Shown in pieces: positions 46,606-56,326 of a stretch of 64,000 nucleotides of DNA. Under the pieces are notes generated by a model. It was given only the letters and a program-made list of their open reading frames with translations. It did not search any database and was not told the origin of the DNA. The translations under genes were made by a program, and so were the position numbers. Origin of the DNA: a bacterium (GTDB lineage Bacteria > RBG-13-61-14 > DATKZS01); NCBI GenBank assembly GCA_035527835.1, contig DATKZS010000196.1:1058-65057 (forward strand), in the 5' to 3' direction. Each line of letters opens with the position of its first letter. The stretch's first letter is position 1.

Positions 46606-47604
46606 TCACGGCAGGCTCCGGAACACGGTCCGGCCGATGGCCAGCTCCGCGATCAATAAGAGCAGCGCGGCCGCGGCCCACGGGCCGAAGGCCTCCGAAT
46701 AGCGGTAAAACTCCTTCACCTTGACCTCGGTCTTTTCGAGCTTGTCAATGTCGTCGAAGATCTGCTTAAACGCCTGCTCGTCGGTGGCGCGATAATACTT
46801 GCCTCCGGTCACGCGGGCGATCTCCTTCATCTGGCTCTCGTCCACCGTGGCCATCGCCGGCACGAAGCTCATTCCGAAAATGCTCTGCACCTTGCGCATT
46901 ATGCCGGTGGGCACGATGCCGATGGTATAGACCTTCACCTTCATGGCCTCGGCGATTCCGGCCGCGGTCATGGGATCAATGCCCTGGTTGTTCTGGCCGT
47001 CGGTGACCAGGATCACCACCTTGGACTTGGCCTTCGAGTCCTTGAGCCGGCTGACGGCGGTGGCCAGGGCAGTGCCGATGGCGGTGCCGTCGAACTCCTG
47101 GCGCGTGAACTGCGCGCGGCCGATGATCTGCTTCAAGATCGTATAGTCCACGGTGAGCGGGCACTGGGTGAAGGCGATGCGCGAGAAGACCACCAGCCCA
47201 ATGCGGTCGTTCTGCAATCCCTTTTCCCGCTCCTCCACGAAGCGCCGCGCCACGGCCTTGGCCGCGCCCAACCGGTTCGGCTCCATGTCCTTGGCCTGCA
47301 TCGAAGTGGAAACGTCGAGCACGATCATGATGTCAATGCCCTTGGACAGAATCTCCTGCTCCCGGTTGCCGTACTGCGGGCGGCTGAGCGCGAAGACCAG
47401 GGTGGCGATGGTCAGCGCCCGGAGCGCGATCACGGAGTGCCGGAGGCGCGCGCGGTTGGAGGCCGGGACTTCCTTGAAGGCGGACAGGTCGGAGAACACG
47501 ATGCGCGGCCGGCCCCATCCCTCGACCCAGCGGTGGAGGAGCACCACGAGCGGCGCCAGAACCAGCGCCGCGAGCAGCCACGGGTCCTGGAAGCGGAACA
47601 TCAC
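46606..47604 (-). CDS. batA: von Willebrand factor A domain protein, BatA-like
   Basis: vWA MIDAS motif IMIVLDVSTSM and N-terminal TM helices. Confidence 0.8.
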   Translation of the reverse strand: MMFRFQDPWLLAALVLAPLVVLLHRWVEGWGRPRIVFSDLSAFKEVPASNRARLRHSVIALRALTIATLVFALSRPQYGNREQEILSKGIDIMIVLDVSTSMQAKDMEPNRLGAAKAVARRFVEEREKGLQNDRIGLVVFSRIAFTQCPLTVDYTILKQIIGRAQFTRQEFDGTAIGTALATAVSRLKDSKAKSKVVILVTDGQNNQGIDPMTAAGIAEAMKVKVYTIGIVPTGIMRKVQSIFGMSFVPAMATVDESQMKEIARVTGGKYYRATDEQAFKQIFDDIDKLEKTEVKVKEFYRYSEAFGPWAAAALLLLIAELAIGRTVFRSLP

Positions 47605-48725
47605 GCCGCCTCCTTCTGTTCCACGGCCGGCGGCTTTTCCATGGTGTTTTGCACGATCTCGCGGCAGCGGGCGATGGCCGTGCTCCGCTCTTCGGGGCGG
47701 GGCGCGTAACGCGCGAACTTCACGCGGTCGGCCTCCTCCAGGAAGCGCCTGGTCTTGTCATAGTCGCCGTGCTCGATGTCCCTGTCCTTGAGCCGCCCGG
47801 CGATTTCGGAGGTCGTGTATTCGAGCGCGTACATCAGGAAGCGCAGGGCCAGGTACTTGCGCATGATGCGGCTAAGCCGCGTGTAATACTGTTCGTACTC
47901 GCTCGCGGAGAGCATCGCTTGTTCCAGCGCGTCCAGCTCCTCGAACGCGAGCTCGTGCGCGGGCCGAAGCGGCAGCGGCGCCTCCTCCTCCCGCCGGCGC
48001 CGCCGGAGGGCGATGAAGACGGCGATGGCCGCGGCCAGTAAAAAGGCCGGGATGAGCAGCCAGGGCAGGTATTTTTTCACCGGGAGCTCGATGGCCACCG
48101 GCGGCTTCACGTCGCGGATGGTCAGGTCCTCCGGGTTGGTCACCGGCGCGACCCGGACCCGGGCCGACTCCGCCCTGAGGTCGTGCTCCTGGCCCGCGGG
48201 ATCAATCACGATCACCGGCAGCGGCGGGATGACCAGGTCGCCGGTGTCATAGGCCGTGATGGTGAAGTGCAACTCCTGGCCCTTGCCGGCCGGAGTGAGG
48301 GGCGCGCCCGTGACTTTTTCGAGCCACGCCCGGACGCGGTCCATGGCGGTCGTTTCTTTTTTTTCCAGCTCGGGGAAGCTGTAGTCGCGGATCAGGAACT
48401 CGCCGAGCTGGGCCCCGGGCGGCGGCATCATGATCCTGGAGCCGGGCGGGGCCTGGATGACCAAAGAATAATGGACCAGGTCGCCTACCCTTATGACCGC
48501 CTTGTCCAGGCTGGTGATGATCTTGATGGGGCCGGAGGCCGCGAGCGCGCCGGGGATGCGGGAGGGGAGCTGGGGCTGCGGCGAGAGCTGGAGCGGCGGC
48601 AGGGACGGCGCGGGCCGGGCCGTGGCGCCGGTAGCGGGGGCGGGCTGGGCCGCGGCCAGGGACGGGCCCAGCAGGCAGAGCGCGGCAATCAGCGCCGCGA
48701 TCTTATTTTGATGGCGTGTCAGCAT
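47601..48725 (-). CDS. Bat-operon membrane protein with DUF4381-like cytoplasmic tail
   Basis: Signal or TM segment, periplasmic domain, one TM, and a C-terminal tail with RVKFARYAP motif. Start taken as MLTRHQNK at 48725. Confidence 0.5.
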   Translation of the reverse strand: MLTRHQNKIAALIAALCLLGPSLAAAQPAPATGATARPAPSLPPLQLSPQPQLPSRIPGALAASGPIKIITSLDKAVIRVGDLVHYSLVIQAPPGSRIMMPPPGAQLGEFLIRDYSFPELEKKETTAMDRVRAWLEKVTGAPLTPAGKGQELHFTITAYDTGDLVIPPLPVIVIDPAGQEHDLRAESARVRVAPVTNPEDLTIRDVKPPVAIELPVKKYLPWLLIPAFLLAAAIAVFIALRRRRREEEAPLPLRPAHELAFEELDALEQAMLSASEYEQYYTRLSRIMRKYLALRFLMYALEYTTSEIAGRLKDRDIEHGDYDKTRRFLEEADRVKFARYAPRPEERSTAIARCREIVQNTMEKPPAVEQKEAA

Positions 48726-49545
48726 CGTTGATCGGGAACACCCGTGTTTCATGGGTTTTGGAAAGCTCTTCCCAGAGCTTGCGCATTGCGTCCTCACTGC
48801 GGAGGTCCGTGCCCTCCCGCCTCAGATATTCGGCGGCCATCACCTCGCGCTCTGCCTGTTCCATTGCGGGCTTGAGCGCCGGCGTGGCGTCGTAGCGCTT
48901 TTTAACGGCCTCTTCGGAAAGCATCAGCGTGAGCACATAGTGCTGCACGAGCTGGTTCTTGGTCTTGGCGTCCTTGATCCCGTCGTCGCCCAGGCGCGGG
49001 CCCAGGTGGTTCATGACCTCGTCCCAGGTCACGCTCCTGCCGTCCACCACCGCCACTACCGGACTGGTGTCGCCGGTCTGTACGGCAGGCGCCGCGCTTC
49101 CGTCGCCGGTGAGCTGGCGGAGCAGCGCCTGGGCCTGTTTCCTGTCGCCGAGCTTTTCCATGCAGGCCACAGTCCCCTTACCGGCGTCGTTCGACCAAGG
49201 CGCGTCGGGCCGGAGCGCGGTGGCCATGGTGTAATAGGCGGCGGCATGGGAGCAATCGCCCAGCTTCTCGTCGGCCATCTTTCCCATCTTGAAGAGGAGG
49301 TCGGCCTCGTCGCTCCTTGATTGAAAGACTACTTGCCGATAGCGGTCCAGTTCATCGAGCGCCGGTCCATATAGGCCCCTTGCTTCCAGCGCCGATGCCA
49401 GGTCGCGAAGACGATCACTGTCAGTATAACTATGGATGTCAGTTCTAATTCCGAAATAATATGTGGCAAATATTCCGAACGTGAAAACCAAAATAAAAGG
49501 ATAGAACAAATAAAAGAGCATGAATTTGACGTCTCTCTTCATCAC
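48703..49545 (-). CDS. membrane-anchored hypothetical protein (TPR-like / SurA-N-like regions)
   Basis: N-terminal TM (FMLFYLFYPFILVFTFGIFATYYF). Sits in the operon between DUF58 and the DUF4381-like gene. ATGA overlap with the DUF58 stop. Confidence 0.5.
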   Translation of the reverse strand: MMKRDVKFMLFYLFYPFILVFTFGIFATYYFGIRTDIHSYTDSDRLRDLASALEARGLYGPALDELDRYRQVVFQSRSDEADLLFKMGKMADEKLGDCSHAAAYYTMATALRPDAPWSNDAGKGTVACMEKLGDRKQAQALLRQLTGDGSAAPAVQTGDTSPVVAVVDGRSVTWDEVMNHLGPRLGDDGIKDAKTKNQLVQHYVLTLMLSEEAVKKRYDATPALKPAMEQAEREVMAAEYLRREGTDLRSEDAMRKLWEELSKTHETRVFPINDADTPSK

Positions 49546-50474
49546 CTCGCCCTCCTCGCCCTGGCCTTGAAGAATTTGATCAGGGAGCGGTCGTAGGGCT
49601 CACCGGCCGAGACCGGGATGTTGTCGAGGTCCCTGGAGAGGAAGACGTGGTCGCGCCTGGCGTCGGCCTCGCGGGTGATGGCGGCGAAGAGCTCGCGGGT
49701 ATGCTGGTCATAGGTGTCCACCACGATGCGCTCTCCGGTCTCGGCGTCTTCGAGCTCGATGAGTCCGACTGGTTCGAGCTGTTTTTCGCGGGGGTCGGAC
49801 AGGGGCACGGCGATGAGGTCGTGGCGCTTGCCGGCGATGCTGATGGCCTTGTCGTATCCGGTGGCCATGAAGTCGGAGATGAGGAAGACGACGGCCTTTC
49901 TTTTGTGGACTCGGGAGAGGTATTCGAGGGCGGCGGCGATGTCGGTGTGCTTCCCTTGGGGCTTGAAGAAGAGGACCTCGCGGATGATGCGGAGCACGTG
50001 GGTGCGTCCCTTCTTGGGCGGGATCGAGCGCTCGACCTGGTCGGTGAAGATGATGAGCCCGACGCGGTCGTTGTTGCGGACGGCGGAAAAGGCGAGCAGG
50101 GCGCAGAGCTCGGCGGCGAGCTCGGCCTTCTGCTTGTCGCGGGTCCCGAAGTAGAGCGACGAGCTGGCGTCCACCATCAGGATCACGGTGAGCTCGCGCT
50201 CCTCGTGGAAGACCTTGACGTAGGGGTGGCCGGCGCGGGCGGTGACGTTCCAGTCAATGATGCGCACGTCGTCGCCGGGCGTGTACTCCCGGACCTCGGA
50301 AAACTCCATGCCGCGGCCCTTGAACACGCTGTGGTACTGGCCCGCCATGACCTCGTTGACCACGCGCCGCGTGGTGATCTCGATGCGCCGGACCTTTTTC
50401 AGGAGCTCGCGCACCGACTCGGCGCCGTTCTTATCAGCGGCGGCGCGAGGCGGGTTATGGGTTGAAGTGGTCAT
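49542..50474 (-). CDS. DUF58 (vWA-like) protein
   Basis: EFSEVREYTPGDDVRIIDWNVTAR signature of DUF58. Follows moxR. Confidence 0.85.
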   Translation of the reverse strand: MTTSTHNPPRAAADKNGAESVRELLKKVRRIEITTRRVVNEVMAGQYHSVFKGRGMEFSEVREYTPGDDVRIIDWNVTARAGHPYVKVFHEERELTVILMVDASSSLYFGTRDKQKAELAAELCALLAFSAVRNNDRVGLIIFTDQVERSIPPKKGRTHVLRIIREVLFFKPQGKHTDIAAALEYLSRVHKRKAVVFLISDFMATGYDKAISIAGKRHDLIAVPLSDPREKQLEPVGLIELEDAETGERIVVDTYDQHTRELFAAITREADARRDHVFLSRDLDNIPVSAGEPYDRSLIKFFKARARRAR

Positions 50475-50489
50475 ATCAAGCTCATTGTT

Positions 50490-50570
50490 TCACGCCAAGG
50501 CGCAAAGGCGCGAAGGGAAAATAATTTGAATAAAACTTTGCGTTCTTTGCGCCTTTGCGTGAAAAATTCT
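50490..50570. repeat. hairpin related to the MITE ends (GCGCAAAGGCGCAAAG ... CTTTGCGCCTTTGCG)
   Basis: Between moxR and DUF58. A near-identical hairpin sits at 58025-58135. Confidence 0.6.
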
Positions 50571-51560
50571 TCACGGAATCTCCACGTGGTCGAAGATCTC
50601 GCGCACGATGGTCTCGCTGGTCACTTCCTCGGCCTCGGCCTCGTAGGTCACGATGACGCGGTGGCGGAGCACGTCGGGTCCGATGGCCTTCACGTCCTCC
50701 GGGGTCACGTAGCCCCGGTGGCGGATGAAGGCGTGGGCCTTGGCGGCCAGGTTCAAGTAGATGCTGGCGCGCGGGCTGGCCCCGTAGGCGATGAGCCCCT
50801 GCAGGTCCTTCATGCCGTAGCTTGACGGCTCGCGGGTCGCGAACACCACGTCCACGATGTACTGCTTGATCTTGGGGTCCATGTAGATCATGCGCACGGC
50901 GTCGCGGGCCGCGGCGACGTCGGCCGGGCCGATGACCGCCTCCGGCTGCGGCGTTTCCTGGCCGGTCATGCGCTCCATGATGTCGAGCTCCTCCGCCTTG
51001 TCCGGGTAGCCCACCACCACCTTGAGCATGAAGCGGTCCACCTGCGCCTCCGGCAGCGGGTACGTGCCCTCCTGCTCGATCGGGTTCTGGGTGGCCATCA
51101 CCAGAAACGGCGGCGTCAGCGGATACGTGGTGTCGCCGATGGTCACCTGCCGCTCCTGCATGGCTTCGAGCAGCGCGCTCTGCACCTTGGCCGGCGCGCG
51201 GTTCACTTCGTCGGCCAGGATCAGGTTGGCGAACACCGGGCCTTTTTTCGGGGTGAAGGTGGAGGTGCGCGGGTCGTAAATCTGGGTCCCGATGATGTCG
51301 GCGGGCAAGAGGTCCGGGGTGAACTGGATGCGCTGGAACTTGGTGCGGACGATCCGGGCCAGCGTGCGGATGGTCATGGTCTTGGCCAGGCCGGGCACGC
51401 CCTCCAACAGCACGTGCCCGTCGGCCAGGAGCGCGATCAGGAGCCGCTCCAGCATGTTGCGCTGGCCCACGATCACCTTGCCCGCCTCCTTGAGCACCGC
51501 GTCCACGAACTTGCTCTGCTCGGAAACCTTGGCGTGAATCGCCTGCATGTCGAGTTCCAT
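50571..51560 (-). CDS. moxR: MoxR-family AAA+ ATPase
   Basis: Walker A LEGVPGLAKT, Walker B ILADEVNRA. 329 aa. Confidence 0.93.
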   Translation of the reverse strand: MELDMQAIHAKVSEQSKFVDAVLKEAGKVIVGQRNMLERLLIALLADGHVLLEGVPGLAKTMTIRTLARIVRTKFQRIQFTPDLLPADIIGTQIYDPRTSTFTPKKGPVFANLILADEVNRAPAKVQSALLEAMQERQVTIGDTTYPLTPPFLVMATQNPIEQEGTYPLPEAQVDRFMLKVVVGYPDKAEELDIMERMTGQETPQPEAVIGPADVAAARDAVRMIYMDPKIKQYIVDVVFATREPSSYGMKDLQGLIAYGASPRASIYLNLAAKAHAFIRHRGYVTPEDVKAIGPDVLRHRVIVTYEAEAEEVTSETIVREIFDHVEIP

Positions 51561-51651
51561 TGGCCCGCCCCCTTTGAGAAAGAGTATTTAGTATCTAGCA
51601 TTTAGTATTTAGCGCATTAACGTTCAAGAATGACCGCATCGGTGTTCATCC

Positions 51652-52719
51652 TTATGATCCGTGTTCATCTGTGTTTGATTCCCCCACGCCTGTGCCCATG
51701 CTCTCGCCCTCCGCGACGAGTCCCTTGAGCGTCTCCATGGCCTGGTCCAGCTCGGCGCCGCGCGGCTCACGTCCCGCGAACTTGACCTCGTCGGCCAGCT
51801 TCTCCAGCGCGATGATTTTCGAGCGCCACTCCCCGCCGAGCTTGCCGGCCACCGCCGCCGCCAAAGCATCACGGCTCTGCGAGCGCGCCTTGATCTCAAG
51901 CACGTCCTCGCAATAGTGCTTCATCTCGGCCGTGAGCGCCTTCAAGAACGCGCCCACGTCTCCGGCCATGCGCAGCCGGTCGGCCTCCTTGAGCCGCTCG
52001 CGCGCGATCTCGTGGCGCGTGCGCTCCGGCTCCACCGATTTCTCTTCGATCCTCCGCGCCTTGATCCAGAGCCAGCCCAGGCCCGCAACGCAGGCCAGGG
52101 CCGCGAGGCCGAGCCCGATCTTGACCGCCGGATTGGCCGTGAGCTTGGCCGCGGTGAGCCGCTCCGGGGTCACGGTCACGGGTATTACTTGGGTCTTGAG
52201 CTCGGCCTGGTCCCGGGAGCCGATGTAAAAATACTTGATGGCCACCGGCTTGATCTCTGAGGCCCCGGCCTTGTCGGCGTGGAACTCATAGGTGTACTCG
52301 CGCGAGACCTTGACTTTATCGCCCGAGAGCGTGGTCTCGGAATGGAAGCTGTTGGCGAAGAGGGTGAGGCCGTCGGCGGACGGCGGCTCGGGGAACTCGA
52401 AGTCCAGCGGCAGGGCCGGCTGCGAGGCCGGCTCCTCCCAGGTGAGCGTCACGATCAGGTCCACCGTCTGGTCCTGGGCCACGCTGGGCTGGTCCACCCT
52501 GGCGGAGATGGTGACCGATGGGAGCGGCCGGTACGGTGCGGCGGGGGCCGCGGTGTCTCCGGCCGCCGGGGCCGTTGCCGGGCCGGGCGCGGCCGGAGGC
52601 GCGGGCCGGTTCTGCTGGAGCGGCGGGGGCGGCAGCTCGGGAAAATCCGCGGCCGGCGCGAGAGAGGCCGCGAGCAGCGCGCACGCCGCGGTCAGAACCT
52701 TGAGCCTTAGGCCTGCCAT
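51652..52719 (-). CDS. secreted/membrane protein, paralog of the 47601-48725 gene (BatD-N-like periplasmic domain plus DUF4381-like tail)
   Basis: Signal peptide, Pro/Ala-rich linker, beta-rich domain, one TM (IGLGLAALACVAGLGWLWI), and a tail with VKFAGREP motif. Confidence 0.5.
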   Translation of the reverse strand: MAGLRLKVLTAACALLAASLAPAADFPELPPPPLQQNRPAPPAAPGPATAPAAGDTAAPAAPYRPLPSVTISARVDQPSVAQDQTVDLIVTLTWEEPASQPALPLDFEFPEPPSADGLTLFANSFHSETTLSGDKVKVSREYTYEFHADKAGASEIKPVAIKYFYIGSRDQAELKTQVIPVTVTPERLTAAKLTANPAVKIGLGLAALACVAGLGWLWIKARRIEEKSVEPERTRHEIARERLKEADRLRMAGDVGAFLKALTAEMKHYCEDVLEIKARSQSRDALAAAVAGKLGGEWRSKIIALEKLADEVKFAGREPRGAELDQAMETLKGLVAEGESMGTGVGESNTDEHGS

Positions 52720-52861
52720 GTTTCAACCACCGATGGGAATTTTATCAGGGCGTTCATGGTTTCCTTATTACATCTTGGCCCGCTTACCAGCCCTCCCTGA
52801 ACGAAGAGATGGCGCGGGCCATCACCGGCCTTTTAAGGCTGGTAAAAATTTCTATTAGAAC

Positions 52862-53003
52862 CGGTTTCATAACCAGGACAACCACCTAAGATGAAAAGAT
52901 TATTAACAAGGATATTCAGGATTACCAGGATGGCTTCTGGTTTTTTTGATCCTGAACATCCTGAATATCCTTGTTTAAAAATTCTTGGGGAGGTTATGAA
53001 ACC
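52862..53003. repeat. AGGAT-nonamer palindrome, copy 4 (extended, about 140 bp; upstream of the Bat operon)
   Basis: CCGGTTTCATAACC...AACAAGGATATTCAGGATTACCAGGAT...ATCCTGAACATCCTGAATATCCTTGTT...GGTTATGAAACCG. Confidence 0.75.
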
Positions 53004-53243
53004 GCCTCTAAGATACTAAAGTCGGGCGGGCGGACTGTCAAGGCTCATGATGCCCGATTCCGGCCCCAAGGCGTAAGCCTCGCTTGCTAATTCCGGGGTT
53101 ATGACAACCGGGCCGGGCCTTTGGTTTCATGAGGATGAAGGTAAAATTATTGACCGGAGCGGGGAGCGTTGGTAGTATGTGGTGGATTTTTCGGAGCCGG
53201 CCAGGAGGGCCGTGATGACGGAACCGGGGATGGAGAAAAATAA

Positions 53244-54362
53244 GTGAGCGGCGCGGACAAGAATTCGGAGCAGGCCGGGGGGAAGGGCTCGCCCCGTCCC
53301 GGGGGCCGCTACCGGGAGGCGTTGTTGCCGGTGGCGATCCTGATCGGGATGGCGGCGGTTTTGACGGCGGGTTGGGACCGGTTCGTGCCGGCGGACGAGC
53401 GGATCCTGGGGATCTTTTTCAAGCCGGAGAACCTGGGCAACATCCTCAGGCAGAACGCGCATTACGGCATCCTGGCGGTGGGCATGACGTTCGTGATCAT
53501 CTCGGCGGGGATTGACCTGTCGGTGGGCTCGCTCTTGGCTTTCAGCTCGGTGGTGATGGCCTCGATGATAGACCGGCATCCGGGCGGCGGCGCGGGTCTC
53601 GCGCTGCTGGCTCTCGGCGCCGGGATCATGGCGGGCACGGGGCTCGGGCTCGCCAACGGTTTTTTCATCACTTACAGCAAGGCGCTTCCGGGGTTTTTGT
53701 GGCGGCGGGCGGCGGCCAGGGTGAAGAAAGCGCGGGCGCCGCGGCTGGCGATGGTTCAGATCCAGCCGTTCATCGTGACGCTGGCGATGATGAGCATCGC
53801 GCGGGGGTTCGCGTTTTTATGGACGGGCGGGCGGGGCATAGACATTTACGGGGACCAGCCGGCGGCGTTCGCGGCGCTGGGCCAGGACCTTGACCTGTGG
53901 GTGGTGAAGGTCCCGTGGCCGGGCGTGATCTTTTTGCTGGTCGTGTTCGCGTCGCACGTGGTGCTCTCGCGCACCCGCTTCGGGCGGTTCACCTACGCCA
54001 TCGGGTCGAACGAGCCGGCGGCGGCGCTCTCGGGCATCCCGGTGGCGCGGGTCAAGGTCATGGTTTACGCCATCTCCGGCGCGCTGTGCGGTCTCGCCGC
54101 CGCCATTTACACCTCGGTGCAGAACGCGGGCCGGCCCGACGACGGCATCGGCTTCGAGCTCGACGCCATCGCCGCCGCCGTGATCGGCGGGACCTCCCTG
54201 GCCGGGGGCAGGGGCAGCGTGGGCGGGACCCTGATCGGAGCGCTCATCATCGGCGTGCTCAACAACGTGCTCGGGCTGCGCGGCATTGACCCCAACCTGC
54301 AGCGCGTGTTGAAGGGCGCCATCATCATCGCCGCCGTGCTCCTGCAAAAGGACCGGGACTGA
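53244..54362 (+). CDS. sugar ABC transporter permease (RbsC/AraH family)
   Basis: Conserved permease core. Carries a roughly 25-aa Arg/Ala-rich insertion (ALPGFLWRRAAARVKKARAPRLAMVQ) in a cytoplasmic loop. GTG start. Confidence 0.8.
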   Translation: MSGADKNSEQAGGKGSPRPGGRYREALLPVAILIGMAAVLTAGWDRFVPADERILGIFFKPENLGNILRQNAHYGILAVGMTFVIISAGIDLSVGSLLAFSSVVMASMIDRHPGGGAGLALLALGAGIMAGTGLGLANGFFITYSKALPGFLWRRAAARVKKARAPRLAMVQIQPFIVTLAMMSIARGFAFLWTGGRGIDIYGDQPAAFAALGQDLDLWVVKVPWPGVIFLLVVFASHVVLSRTRFGRFTYAIGSNEPAAALSGIPVARVKVMVYAISGALCGLAAAIYTSVQNAGRPDDGIGFELDAIAAAVIGGTSLAGGRGSVGGTLIGALIIGVLNNVLGLRGIDPNLQRVLKGAIIIAAVLLQKDRD

Positions 54363-54364
54363 AG

Positions 54365-55093
54365 ATGTGGACCGGCAAGCTCCTCGGCCGCAGCGCCGGG
54401 TTCACGATCAAGAACGCCTGGCCCCTGCTCGCCGCCCTCGCCATCTTCGCCCCCGTGGATTACGCGCTCAACCATTTCCACCATTTCCTGTTCGAGAACC
54501 TGAAGGTTTTTTCCGGAGAGCTTTTCTTCGCGCCGCCGCTTTCCGTGCTGCTCATCAACCTGGTGTACGCGCTGTACCAGGCCCTGCTCTACGCCCTGAT
54601 CTGGTCGCGGCTCCACGCCACGCCGCTCACCTATAAAGCCTTCCGCGACTGGCTCGCGCTCTCGTTCTGGAATTTCTACCTCTACTTCCTGATCTATTAT
54701 CTGATCATGGTCGTCGGCGCCGGACTGCTCATGATCCCGGTCCTGATCTTCTACCTCGTCTTCCCCTACCTCGACCTCGCCATCCTCTTCGACCAGAAGC
54801 CGCTCGGCGCGGCCATCCGCAAGAACCTCGCGCTCATCGCGCTCATGCCCGTCCCCGTCATCACCTTGAGCCTGATCCGCTTCGTGCTCGCCGGCTTCAT
54901 CCCCCTGATCCTGTTCGCGGCCGGCAACAGCGATGCCTATCAGGACGCCTACACCTTTTTGCTTCCGCTCCTGTCGCTGCCGGTGGACGTGTCGGTGGTG
55001 GTCCTCTATTCCTACCTCACCCGCCACAAGATCCCCCGCTTTTACGGGGGACTCGATTTTGACGACGCCGCGCCCCATGGCGACTGGTTCTGA
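54365..55093 (+). CDS. hypothetical polytopic membrane protein
   Basis: 242 aa with 6-7 predicted TM helices. Starts 3 nt after the permease stop. Confidence 0.5.
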   Translation: MWTGKLLGRSAGFTIKNAWPLLAALAIFAPVDYALNHFHHFLFENLKVFSGELFFAPPLSVLLINLVYALYQALLYALIWSRLHATPLTYKAFRDWLALSFWNFYLYFLIYYLIMVVGAGLLMIPVLIFYLVFPYLDLAILFDQKPLGAAIRKNLALIALMPVPVITLSLIRFVLAGFIPLILFAAGNSDAYQDAYTFLLPLLSLPVDVSVVVLYSYLTRHKIPRFYGGLDFDDAAPHGDWF

Positions 55094-55182
55094 GCCGGCC
55101 GTCTTTTTGTTGACCTGCTCGGCGCCGGGTCATAGAATATGACCATTGGAGGGTGAGTTCTCGCCCTCGACGAGAATAATTT

Positions 55183-55258
55183 CACACCGAGACACAGAGA
55201 ACACGGAGAGAAAAACAAAACTCCATTCTTTCTCTGTGATCTCCGTGCCTCCGTGCGA
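55183..55258. repeat. CACAGAGA hairpin, copy 2 (upstream of the ABC substrate-binding protein gene)
   Basis: TCACACCGAGACACAGAGAACACGGAGAGA ... TCTCTGTGATCTCCGTGCCTCCGTGCGA. Confidence 0.7.
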
Positions 55259-55279
55259 AATAAAAGGGAGGGATGGGAA

Positions 55280-56269
55280 ATGAAACATACAGCCGTTGCG
55301 ACGATAGTTTTCTGCGCCGCGCTGGTGCTGGGCTGCCAGGACCGGTCGTCCGGCCCGTCGCCGGAGGGCGGCGCCAAGGCCCCGGAGGCGGCGGCGCCGG
55401 TCAGCGGCGCGAAGGCGCCGGGCCGGCCGTATATCATCGGTTTTTCGCAGTGCACGTTCGAGGACCCGTGGCGCATCAACATGAACCAGCAGATGGAAGA
55501 GGCGGCCCGGGAGCACCCGGAGATCAAGCTGGTGATCGCGAACGGCGAGAACCGCAACGACAAGCAAATAGCGGACGTGGACAACTTCATGGTGAGGGGC
55601 GTTGACGCTCTGATCATCAGCCCCCGGGAGGCGGCTCCGCTCACGGCGGTGGTGGCCAAGGCCCATGACCGGGGCATCCCGGTGATCGTGCTGGACCGGC
55701 GGGTGATCGGCGACAAGTACACCTGCTTCATCGGCGCCTCCAACCTGGCCATCGGCAGGGCCGCGGGCGAGTACCTGGCCCAAAAGCTCGGCGGCTCGGG
55801 CAAGATCGTCGAGATCGAGGGCATCCTGGGCGCGACGGCGACGCAGGAGCGCCACGACGGCTTCCGCGAGGTCATGGCCAAGAACCCGGGCCTCGAGATC
55901 ATTTACGACCAGCCCGGCGACTACAAGCGCTCGCCGGCCAAGCAGATCATGGACAACGCGCTGCAGGCCTTCCCCCAGATTGACGCGGTGTACGCCCACA
56001 ACGACGAGATGGCCATCGGCGCGTTCCTGGCGGCCAAGGCCGTGGGCCGGGAAAAGGACATGGTGATCGTGGGCATTGACGGCCAGGGCGAGGCCGTCAA
56101 GATGATCCGCGCCGGCGACCTCTCCGCGACCTTCGTCTATCAGAACGGATCCAAAGAGGCCATCGAGACCGCGCTCAAAATCCTGAGCGGCGAACAGGCG
56201 CCAAAGGAGATCGCGCTGGAAGCCATCCGCATCACCCGGGACGAACACCCGGAGTACCAGGGGTTCTGA
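55280..56269 (+). CDS. sugar ABC transporter substrate-binding lipoprotein (periplasmic binding protein, RbsB-like)
   Basis: Lipoprotein signal MKHTAVATIVFCAALVLGC. PBP type I fold motifs. AAGGGAGGGATGG Shine-Dalgarno. Confidence 0.85.
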   Translation: MKHTAVATIVFCAALVLGCQDRSSGPSPEGGAKAPEAAAPVSGAKAPGRPYIIGFSQCTFEDPWRINMNQQMEEAAREHPEIKLVIANGENRNDKQIADVDNFMVRGVDALIISPREAAPLTAVVAKAHDRGIPVIVLDRRVIGDKYTCFIGASNLAIGRAAGEYLAQKLGGSGKIVEIEGILGATATQERHDGFREVMAKNPGLEIIYDQPGDYKRSPAKQIMDNALQAFPQIDAVYAHNDEMAIGAFLAAKAVGREKDMVIVGIDGQGEAVKMIRAGDLSATFVYQNGSKEAIETALKILSGEQAPKEIALEAIRITRDEHPEYQGF

Positions 56270-56326
56270 GCTCACGGCTTGAAAAAACCGGGACCGCCGA
56301 TACAATCTTAAGTAAAGGCTGCCGCG

